A DNA stretch of 64,000 nucleotides from the NCBI GenBank assembly GCA_013823485.1, contig PNMF01000001.1:26693-90692 (forward strand), in the 5' to 3' direction. The position numbers were made by a program, and so were the translations under genes. The notes below the pieces were generated by a model. It saw only the letters and a list, made by a program, of their open reading frames with translations. It was not told the origin of the DNA and did no database searches. Of this stretch, positions 56,680-64,000 are shown in pieces (position 1 is the first letter of the stretch; each line of letters starts with the position of its first letter). This DNA comes from Comamonadaceae bacterium. GTDB lineage: Bacteria; Pseudomonadota; Gammaproteobacteria; Burkholderiales; Burkholderiaceae_C.

Positions 56680-58509
56680 ATGACATTCGACGAACTGAAT
56701 CTGGCCCCGGCCATCGTGCAAGCGGTGCGCGAGCAAGGCTACGACACGCCCACCCCCATCCAGGCCGAGGCCATCCCGGCCGTGCTGGCCGGCCGCGACC
56801 TGCTCGCCGGCGCCCAGACCGGCACCGGCAAGACCGCTGCCTTCACGCTGCCGCTGCTGCAGCGCCTGTCGACCACGCCGCGCGGCAAGAGCCGCTTCGG
56901 CGGCATCGGCATCCGGGCCCTGGTGCTGACCCCCACCCGCGAACTCGCCGCCCAGGTCGAGGAATCGGTCAAGACCTACGGCAAGCACCTGGACCTGACC
57001 TCCACCGTGGTGTTCGGCGGTGTGGGCATGAACCCCCAGATCAACGCCATGAAGCGTGGTGTGGACATCCTGGTGGCCACACCGGGCCGCCTGCTCGACC
57101 TGCAGCAGCAAGGCTTCCTGGACCTCTCGCAGGTGCAGACCCTGGTGCTCGACGAAGCGGACCGCATGCTCGACATGGGCTTCATCCACGACGTGAAGAA
57201 GGTGCTGGCCCTGGTGCCGCGCGACAAGCAGAGCCTGCTCTTCTCGGCCACCTTCAGCGACGAGATCCGTGACCTGGCCAGCGCGCTCCTCAAGGACCCG
57301 CTGCACATTCAGGTGACCCCGCGCAACACCACGGTGCAGCGCATCAGCCAGGTCATCCACCCGGTCGGCCGGGGGAAGAAGAAGGCCCTGCTGGTGCACA
57401 TCATCAACCAGCACAACTGGAGCCAGGTGCTGGTGTTCACCCGCACCAAGTTCGGCGCCAACAATGTGGCCGACTACCTCGAGAAGAACGGCATCAGCGC
57501 CATGGCGCTGCACGGCAACAAGAGCCAGGGTGCCCGCACCCAGGCCCTCGCCGGCTTCAAGAGCGGCGACATCCGTGCTCTGGTGGCGACCGACATCGCG
57601 GCCCGCGGCATCGACATCGACGAGCTGCCGCACGTGGTCAATTACGAGATCCCCAACGTCTGCGAAGACTATGTGCACCGCATCGGCCGCACCGGCCGCG
57701 CCGGCCGCGAGGGCCACGCCGTCAACCTGGTGAGCCTGGACGAAGAAGGCTTCATGATGGAGATCGAGCGCTTCACCAAGCAGCAGATCCCGGTGGAAAT
57801 CTTCCAGGAGTTCATGCCGGAGCCGGGCGAGAAGGCCGAGCCCATCGCCATGGGTCGCCAGACCATCTGGGGCGGTGCCGGCAAGCCGCCGAGCCGCGAC
57901 GTGATGGCCGCCGCCGCCAAGGCAGCGCGCCAGGAAATGATGCAGCGCATGCGCGAGAAGAAGGGCGGCGAGGGCCAGGGCCGTGGCGGCCGGGGCGCGC
58001 CCCGTCCGGCTGGCGATGAGGCCGACGGCGATGCACCGCGTGAGCCTCGCGAGGCCCGTGAAGCCCGTGAACCGCGCGAGGCCCGGGGCGATGGTCGCCG
58101 TCAGGGCGGTCAGCGCCCGCAGCAGGCGAACGGGCAAGGCCAGGGCCAGGGCCGTGGTGGCCGCGGCGGTCAGGGTGGGCCCGGCGGTCAGGGTGGTCAG
58201 CGCCCGCCGCGCAGCGATCGGGGTGACCGTGGTGATCGGGGTGACCGAGGTGACCGGGCCGAGCGGGGTGACCGCGAGCCCGGTGCCGAGCGCCAGCCCG
58301 GCCCCAACGCCCACCTGGGCAGCCTGCGCATCCGCGAGCCGCGTCCGCGTCCGGCCAACCCGGGCGGTCAGCCCGACCCGCTGCGCACCAGCATCGACGC
58401 CATGCGCACCGGCAACCGCCACAACAAGGGCGGCAAGGGTGGTGGAAAAGGCGGACAGCAGGGCGGCCCGGCCGACCCGCTGCGCACCAGCTTCGGCCGC
58501 ATCCGCTGA
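56680..58509 (+). CDS. rhlE: DEAD-box RNA helicase (RhlE-like) with long disordered tail
   Basis: [39 protein letters not shown]; Gly/Arg/Gln-rich C-terminus. Confidence 0.9.
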   Translation: MTFDELNLAPAIVQAVREQGYDTPTPIQAEAIPAVLAGRDLLAGAQTGTGKTAAFTLPLLQRLSTTPRGKSRFGGIGIRALVLTPTRELAAQVEESVKTYGKHLDLTSTVVFGGVGMNPQINAMKRGVDILVATPGRLLDLQQQGFLDLSQVQTLVLDEADRMLDMGFIHDVKKVLALVPRDKQSLLFSATFSDEIRDLASALLKDPLHIQVTPRNTTVQRISQVIHPVGRGKKKALLVHIINQHNWSQVLVFTRTKFGANNVADYLEKNGISAMALHGNKSQGARTQALAGFKSGDIRALVATDIAARGIDIDELPHVVNYEIPNVCEDYVHRIGRTGRAGREGHAVNLVSLDEEGFMMEIERFTKQQIPVEIFQEFMPEPGEKAEPIAMGRQTIWGGAGKPPSRDVMAAAAKAARQEMMQRMREKKGGEGQGRGGRGAPRPAGDEADGDAPREPREAREAREPREARGDGRRQGGQRPQQANGQGQGQGRGGRGGQGGPGGQGGQRPPRSDRGDRGDRGDRGDRAERGDREPGAERQPGPNAHLGSLRIREPRPRPANPGGQPDPLRTSIDAMRTGNRHNKGGKGGGKGGQQGGPADPLRTSFGRIR

Positions 58510-58524
58510 AGCCCGGCGGGCCCC

Positions 58525-58908
58525 TCAGTCGCGCACGAACAGCGTGACCAGGGGTTCGTCCCCCACCTGCCGGCTCCAGTGGCCGTGCACCTGGGGGTCA
58601 AAGGTCGCCCCCTGCGGCAGGGTGTCGGCCGAATAGAAGTGATCGCCCGGCCCGAAGCGCCGGGTGCTGCCGTCCTGCAGACCGATCTCCATCACACCGC
58701 GCAGCACGAACAGCCACTGCGGCTGCCCGGTGCAATGAAAGTTGCTGCGAAAGCCCACCGGGCTCTCGCGCAGCTGGAGCGCAGAAGCGGGCTGCACGGC
58801 AGACAGGCGCGCCGCCGGCGTGCCCTGATCGAGCGCCAGCTCTTCCTCACGGAAACGGGCGCGGCCATCGATATCGGTGAACAGCACGACTTGGCGGAAG
58901 GTGGACAT
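58525..58908 (-). CDS. cupin-like hypothetical protein
   Basis: FHCTGQPQWLFVLRGVMEIGLQDG..RRFGPGD...GHWS. Confidence 0.75.
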   Translation of the reverse strand: MSTFRQVVLFTDIDGRARFREEELALDQGTPAARLSAVQPASALQLRESPVGFRSNFHCTGQPQWLFVLRGVMEIGLQDGSTRRFGPGDHFYSADTLPQGATFDPQVHGHWSRQVGDEPLVTLFVRD

Positions 58909-58991
58909 GCGGGCTCCTGAAGTGCGCGGGTTGTACCAGAAGCCGCCCGCATGCTGTACCGCCCACGGTCTTTTGGCCAAACTCGGCGCCC

Positions 58992-59657
58992 ATGAAACTC
59001 CTGCTCGCTGAAGACGACGCCATGCTGGGCCAGGGCATGGACAAGGGCCTGCGCCAGGCCGGCATGACGGTCGACTGGGTGCGCGACGGCCCCACCGCGC
59101 AGGCGGCCCTGCAGACCCAGACTTACGACGTGCTGCTGCTCGACATCGGCCTGCCCGGCCTGGATGGCCTGCAGCTGCTGCAGTGGCTGCGCTCCCGGGA
59201 GCTGGAGGTGGCGGTGCTGGTGGTGTCGGCCCGGGACGCGGTGAGCGACCGCATCCTCGGGCTCAACCAGGGCGCCGACGACTACCTGACCAAACCCTTC
59301 GATCTGGACGAGCTGGTGGCCCGCGTGCACGCGCTGGCCCGGCGCCGACAAGGTCGGCCACAGCCCGACATGCGGGTCGGGGCGCTGGTGCTCAACCCGG
59401 TGCGACGCGAGGTGCTGCTGGGCGATGAGCCGGTGCTGCTGGCGCCGCGCGAATTCGATCTGCTGGCCGCGCTCATGGAGCAGCCCGGCGCAGTGCTCTC
59501 GCGGGAGCAACTGGAAAGCCGGCTCTACGGCTGGCAGGGCGAGCCCTCCAGCAACGCGGTGGAGGTGCACCTGCACCACCTGCGGCGCAAGATCGGCAGC
59601 GACTGGATCAAGAACGTGCGTGGCGTGGGCTACAAGCTGGTCGAGGTCGCCCCTTGA
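58992..59657 (+). CDS. OmpR-family response regulator (QseB/PmrA-like)
   Basis: LLAEDD, LLDIGLP, GADDYLTKPF, SNAVEVHLHHLRRK, VRGVGY. Confidence 0.93.
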   Translation: MKLLLAEDDAMLGQGMDKGLRQAGMTVDWVRDGPTAQAALQTQTYDVLLLDIGLPGLDGLQLLQWLRSRELEVAVLVVSARDAVSDRILGLNQGADDYLTKPFDLDELVARVHALARRRQGRPQPDMRVGALVLNPVRREVLLGDEPVLLAPREFDLLAALMEQPGAVLSREQLESRLYGWQGEPSSNAVEVHLHHLRRKIGSDWIKNVRGVGYKLVEVAP

Positions 59658-61120
59658 ACTCCATCCGGCAGCGGCTGCTGCTGTGGCAGATCACCGCGCT
59701 GGTGGTGACCTCGGTGCTGTGCAGCGCGCTGACCTACCGGCTGGCCTGGGACGCTTTCAACCGCATCCGCGACTACGGCCTGGAGCAGATCGCCTGGTCG
59801 GTGGTGCGGCACGGGGTGCAGCCGACGCTGTCGCCCGATGCCGCCCAGCGCCCTTCCGCCCCGGTCGAGCCGGACCCGGCCTCGACCGAGGCGTCAGACG
59901 AAGCGTCGACAGAGGCATCGATCGAAGCGGTGGCCGAGGTACCGGCAGAGGTGCCGACCGAAGACCTGGGCCAGTTCGTCAGCCAGATCTGGCTGGAGGA
60001 CGGGGAGCTGGTGTACTCATCGCTCGACGACATCGGACCGCCGCTGCAGCAGCCGGGCTTCCATCTGGTCCAGTGGCAGGACGAGCCCTGGCGGGTCTAC
60101 ACCGTGGTGGACCGGCACCAGCGGGTGCAGGTGGCGGTGACCTCGGCCGACCGGGCCAGCGATTTCGCCGAACTGCTGCCCTCGCTGGTGGTGCCGCTGT
60201 GCCTGCTGGTGCTGGTGCTCACGCTGCTGATCCACACCGCCGTATCGCGGGCGCTGGCGCCCCTGCACGCCCTGGGGCGGCAGATCCGCCAGCACGACAA
60301 CCTGCAGGAGCTGCCGGCCATCGACACCGGCCGGCTGCCCGAGGAACTGCTGCCGCTGGGCCAGGCGCTCAACCAGCTGCTGGCCCGGGTGGATGCGCTG
60401 CTCAGCGGGCAGCGGGCACTGCTGGCCGATGCCGCACACGAACTGAACACGCCATTGGCGGCCATCAAGCTGCAGGCCCAGCTGGCCCGCCGGGCCACCG
60501 ATGCGCAGCGCGGTCTGGCGCTGGACGAACTGGACCGGGGCATCGCCCGCGCCACTCGGCTGGTGGCCCAGCTGCTGCAGATGGCCCGGCTGGAGCCGGA
60601 TGTGCGCGAGCAGGAACGCATGCCCCGGACGGTGGCGGTGGACGCGCTGGCCGCGCAGGTGGTGGCGGCGTTTTCAGCACAGGCCGACGCCCGCGGCATG
60701 GACCTGGGCCTGGTGCGGCGAGACCGGGCGGTGGTCTGGGCCGATCCGTCGGAAATGCGGGTGTTGCTGGACAACCTGGTGGACAACGCCCTGCGCCATG
60801 CCGATGCGGGCTGCCGGGTCGACCTCAACGTGGTGCGCGACCAGGGTCAGGTGTGGCTGGAGGTGCGGGACAACGGACCCGGCATTGCACCGGCCCAGCG
60901 CGAACGCGCCCTGCAGCGCTTCGTGCGGCTCAACCCCCAGAGCGGCAATGGCAGCGGGCTCGGACTGGCCATTGCCGCGAGCATCGTCAGCCAGCTGGGC
61001 GGGACGCTGGAACTGCTCGACACCCCCGGCGGCGGGCTGACGGTGCGCATCGGCCTGCCCGAGCACACGGAAAAAACCGCCACGGGCGGACCGGTGGCGG
61101 TTTCGGATGGATCACCATGA
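59654..61120 (+). CDS. sensor histidine kinase (QseC/PmrB-like)
   Basis: Two TM segments, ADAAHELNTPL H-box, NLVDNALRH, DNGPGI, GSGLGLAI; TTG start overlapping the regulator stop. Confidence 0.92.
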   Translation: MNSIRQRLLLWQITALVVTSVLCSALTYRLAWDAFNRIRDYGLEQIAWSVVRHGVQPTLSPDAAQRPSAPVEPDPASTEASDEASTEASIEAVAEVPAEVPTEDLGQFVSQIWLEDGELVYSSLDDIGPPLQQPGFHLVQWQDEPWRVYTVVDRHQRVQVAVTSADRASDFAELLPSLVVPLCLLVLVLTLLIHTAVSRALAPLHALGRQIRQHDNLQELPAIDTGRLPEELLPLGQALNQLLARVDALLSGQRALLADAAHELNTPLAAIKLQAQLARRATDAQRGLALDELDRGIARATRLVAQLLQMARLEPDVREQERMPRTVAVDALAAQVVAAFSAQADARGMDLGLVRRDRAVVWADPSEMRVLLDNLVDNALRHADAGCRVDLNVVRDQGQVWLEVRDNGPGIAPAQRERALQRFVRLNPQSGNGSGLGLAIAASIVSQLGGTLELLDTPGGGLTVRIGLPEHTEKTATGGPVAVSDGSP

Positions 61121-61144
61121 CCCGGTCGTGCCGGGTCGGGATCA

Positions 61145-61594
61145 TCACTGGCGCACGACGCCGTCGGCAGCCTGTGCGGTGGACGAAGCGGGCTGGCCAG
61201 CCTGCATGGTGTCCTGGGCGGCGTAGCGGCCGGGGAACAGATCGCGCTCGGTGATCGAGACTTCGCTGTTGGCAATGATGTTGCCGGTGCGGCGGGCTTC
61301 GGCCAGCTCGGCCAGCACTTCGGCGCGGGTCTTGCCGGTGGTCACGGCGGCGGCAGCCGGGGCGGCCTTGGCAGCCACGGGAGCAGCGGCCTGCTCGTAA
61401 CGGCCGGGGAACAGCTCGCGCTCGGTCATGTGGACTTCGCTGTTGGCAATGATGTTGCCGGTGGCACGGGCTTCGGCCAGTTCGGCACGGACCTGCTCAC
61501 GGGTCTTGGCGGCGGTCGGGTCGGCGGCGAATGCGTTGCCAGCGGCCAGGGCAGCGAAGGACAGAGCGATCAGGGAGAGGCGTTGGGCTTTCAT
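61145..61594 (-). CDS. DUF4148-like exported protein with two internal repeats
   Basis: Signal peptide; KTREQVRAELAEARATG and KTRAEVLAELAEARRTG; 30-bp identical DNA at 61260-61289 and 61434-61463. Confidence 0.8.
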   Translation of the reverse strand: MKAQRLSLIALSFAALAAGNAFAADPTAAKTREQVRAELAEARATGNIIANSEVHMTERELFPGRYEQAAAPVAAKAAPAAAAVTTGKTRAEVLAELAEARRTGNIIANSEVSITERDLFPGRYAAQDTMQAGQPASSTAQAADGVVRQ

Positions 61595-61815
61595 GGGGTA
61601 ACTCCTGTTGGGGTTGAATGACGGAGAAAACAGAGGGATCACTGACTTCGGTGCCGGATCACTGTGCGAAACCTGCATCGATGGGATGGACTGTAAAGTT
61701 TCTGATCACGATGAAAAACATCATGTGACTGATTGGTATATTTCTAAATCAGCAACAATCTTTTGGGTTTACCCGTATCTCAGGGCGTTTGGCCGCCCGC
61801 AGGAGCCCCCGCACC

Positions 61816-62748
61816 ATGGACCGACTCAGCTCGTTGCGCGCCTTCCAGAAGGTGATCGAAGAAGGTGGTTTTGCCGCCGCCGCCCGTGCCCTGGACCAGT
61901 CGCCCGCGGTGGTGACCCGCCTGGTGGCCGATCTGGAAGAACACCTCGGGACCCGCCTGCTGCACCGCACCACCCGGCGGGTGTCCCTCACCGAAGCCGG
62001 CGAGGCCTACCTGGAGCGCATCCGCCAGGTGCTGATCGACCTGGACGAAGCCGGTGAGCTGGTGAGTTCGCAGACCCGCGAGCTGGCCGGCGTGCTGCGG
62101 GTGCTGGCACCACCGGTGCTGGCCACCCATGTGCTGGCGCCGCTGGTGTCCGGCTTTCGGCAGACTTATCCCAAGATCCGGCTCGACATCGAAGTGGCGT
62201 CCCACCGCGAACCCCCGATCGAGGCCTACGACATCACCTTGCTGGGCACCAGCACCGGCTTCGATGCCAACGTGATCGCGCGCAAGGTGATCGCGTCCGA
62301 AGCCATCCTGCTGGCCTCGCCGGATTACCTCAAGCGCCGGGGCCAGCCGCAGCGGCCGGAAGACCTGGCCCGGCACGACTGCCTGCGCCTCAAGCCTTCG
62401 GTGGGGCGCAGCCGGGTCTGGCGCCTGCTGAACGCAGCCGACGGTGACCGGCCGACCGAGGTGGAGGTGGAGCCGGTGCTGTGGGCCAACCACACCGACA
62501 CGCTCATGCATGCCGCCCTGGACGGGGCCGGCATCACCGCCACCACCCTGGAGCTGGCGGCACCCATGCTGGCCAGCGGCCGGCTGGTGCGGGTGCTGTC
62601 CCCCTGGATCACCGACCGGCTCAACCTGTACGCGGCCCTGCCCAGCCGCAAGTTCATGCCCCGGCGCACCCAGGTGTTCCTGGACTACCTGGTGGCCCAG
62701 ACCCGGCAGCGGGTCGATCAGGCGCTGCGGCAGGGCGCGCTGCGCTGA
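61816..62748 (+). CDS. LysR-family transcriptional regulator (CrgA-like)
   Basis: AGGAG RBS; GGFAAAARAL...LEEHLGTRLLHRTTRRVSLTEAG; ASPDYL; divergent from the DUF4148-like gene across an AT-rich spacer. Confidence 0.93.
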   Translation: MDRLSSLRAFQKVIEEGGFAAAARALDQSPAVVTRLVADLEEHLGTRLLHRTTRRVSLTEAGEAYLERIRQVLIDLDEAGELVSSQTRELAGVLRVLAPPVLATHVLAPLVSGFRQTYPKIRLDIEVASHREPPIEAYDITLLGTSTGFDANVIARKVIASEAILLASPDYLKRRGQPQRPEDLARHDCLRLKPSVGRSRVWRLLNAADGDRPTEVEVEPVLWANHTDTLMHAALDGAGITATTLELAAPMLASGRLVRVLSPWITDRLNLYAALPSRKFMPRRTQVFLDYLVAQTRQRVDQALRQGALR

Positions 62749-62856
62749 AACGGCGGGGCGTTACACACCCTTACCCGACCGGATGGAATGGGACATGCCC
62801 GGCCGACGTTGTCCGGAGTACACCCCGTCACAACCCCCAACCACCGGAAGGCTCCC

Positions 62857-63498
62857 ATGAAAACTCCGCTCGGCATGCTGGTCACCGCCCTCGGCAGCAC
62901 AGTGCTCCCCGCTCCGTCACAGGCCCAGGTGGCCCCGCTGGTCCAGGCCATCGGCGAAGCCGCACAGGACGTGCTCGGCACCGCCCACAGGACCCCCCGC
63001 TTCACGGCTGGCAACAGCAGCAGCAATGGCAGCAGCAACGGCGGCTCCAGCGGCGGCTCTAGCGCCAGCGGCGGACGTGGCGGCCAGGGTGGCGGCGGCT
63101 TCGGCGGCGGCCGCTCGGGCAACTCGTCGAGCAACTCATCCAGCAATTCCTCCAGCAACTCAAGCTCCAACTCGTCGTCCAATTCGAGCTCCAACAGCAG
63201 TTCCAACAGCTCCTCCAACAGCAGTTCGAACAGCAGTTCCAACTCCAGTTCGAACAGCAGCTCCAACCGGGGCACCGCCCGCGGCGACACCGCCGTGCAC
63301 GGCTTCTTCAAGGGCTGGGAAAACGGGATCTACGGCGCAGCCCGGGCGATCGGCCTGGAGTCGGCGCCGCCAGCGCGGCGGGCCGGCAAGAGCAGCTCGA
63401 ACAGCAGTTCCAATAGCAGCTCGAACAGCTCGTCCAACTCGAGCTCGAATTCGTCGTCCAATTCGAGTTCCAACTCTTCTTCCAACCGCAGCCAGTGA
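62857..63498 (+). CDS. Ser/Asn/Gly-rich low-complexity protein with (NSSS)n tracts, possibly exported
   Basis: ATG after GGAAGG; signal-like MKTPLGMLVTALGSTVLPAPSQA; Gly-rich linker; two repeat tracts whose DNA variation is entirely synonymous in this frame. Confidence 0.75.
   Translation: MKTPLGMLVTALGSTVLPAPSQAQVAPLVQAIGEAAQDVLGTAHRTPRFTAGNSSSNGSSNGGSSGGSSASGGRGGQGGGGFGGGRSGNSSSNSSSNSSSNSSSNSSSNSSSNSSSNSSSNSSSNSSSNSSSNSSSNRGTARGDTAVHGFFKGWENGIYGAARAIGLESAPPARRAGKSSSNSSSNSSSNSSSNSSSNSSSNSSSNSSSNRSQ
63121..63267 (+). repeat. 12-nt-period coding repeat, (NSSS)12-N
   Basis: Twelve units starting AAC/AAT, each followed by three Ser codons drawn from both TCN and AGY. Confidence 0.95.
63391..63486 (+). 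repeat. 12-nt-period coding repeat, (SSSN)8
   Basis: Eight units, ending 9 nt before the stop codon. Confidence 0.95.
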
Positions 63499-63516
63499 GG
63501 CTGATCAGGAGCCCGC

Positions 63517-64000
63517 ATGTTCGGACGCCCCGCGCCACGGATCGAATTCCTGTGTGCCCCCGAAAACCTGGGCGTCATCGCCGAACCCGTGCCGGCCCGT
63601 GACGCCTTGCCCGACTGGTTCCGGCGGCTGCCGGCGGTGGACAAGGAGCGCCTGTCGGTCACCGACAACGCACTCACCGTCAAGCGCTGCATGCCGTTCC
63701 TGGACGCCATGAACACCGGTTGGGTGCTGCCGCTGGCGGCCACCGTCCGGATCGAGATCGCCGACGGCGGACAGACCGTCAACAGCGGCTGGGATTTCGA
63801 CCGCACCATGGTCAGCCAGCACCACCCCTACCAGGTGGCCGGCCATCCGATGTCACCGCGCCCGCCGGGCAAGTTCCACAACCACTGGGCCATCCGCACG
63901 CCGCCGGGCTGGAGCTGCCTGTTCGTGCCGCCGCTCAACCGCCCCAATGGTGTGGTGGAGGTGGCCGCCGGCGTGGTCGACACCGACGCCTACCACGCCC
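63517..64000 (+). CDS. DUF6065-like protein, 5' part (runs off right edge)
   Basis: Not in the ORF track. AGGAG RBS then MFGRPAPRIEFLCAPENLGVIAEPVPARDALPDWFRRLP...TVKRCMPFLDAMNTGWVLPL...KFHNHWAIRTPPGWSCLFVPPLNRPNG...GVVDTDAY. Family assigned from remembered motifs. Confidence 0.7.
   Translation, partial: MFGRPAPRIEFLCAPENLGVIAEPVPARDALPDWFRRLPAVDKERLSVTDNALTVKRCMPFLDAMNTGWVLPLAATVRIEIADGGQTVNSGWDFDRTMVSQHHPYQVAGHPMSPRPPGKFHNHWAIRTPPGWSCLFVPPLNRPNGVVEVAAGVVDTDAYHA

Noticed and set aside
63121-63486. CRISPR array or phase-variable microsatellite
   Set aside because: The period is 12 nt with no unique spacers, no cas genes are present, and the units are not identical at DNA level.
62718-63809. 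Antisense Glu/Leu-rich ORFs (62718-63311, 63330-63809)
   Set aside because: Mirror of the NSSS codons; the variation is synonymous only in the + frame.

Overview
A very GC-rich, gene-dense chromosomal window, most likely from a Comamonadaceae-type betaproteobacterium (inferred from gene content and codon style). About 70 protein-coding genes are supportable. Most are housekeeping or common accessory genes: uppP (partial), a MacAB-like ABC exporter, kefF/kefC, glnS, pcp, tapT, rbgA, gshA, dusC, rluA, bktB, a RavA/ViaA-like pair, a core methionine synthase, acuI, gltIJKL, a six-gene copper cluster, an Aer-like chemoreceptor, ettA, rhlE, a QseBC-like two-component system and a LysR regulator. 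I saw no rRNA, tRNA, CRISPR array, transposase or integrase. Four features stand out. (1) At the right edge, a putatively exported protein with two codon-scrambled (NSSS)n tracts is followed 18 nt later by a DUF6065-like ORF missing from the supplied track, a candidate modified-protein or RiPP-like system that continues beyond the window. (2) A beta-barrel gene and an Ig-repeat gene together look like a split inverse autotransporter. (3) A toxin-antitoxin islet between glnS and pcp holds MNT-HEPN, a hidden XRE pseudogene and XRE-AbiEii with an operator inverted repeat. (4) Several regulatory motifs are readable: a Pho box, a sigma54 promoter and a DnaA-box-like cluster. All family assignments come from motif recognition by eye; no database searches were run.
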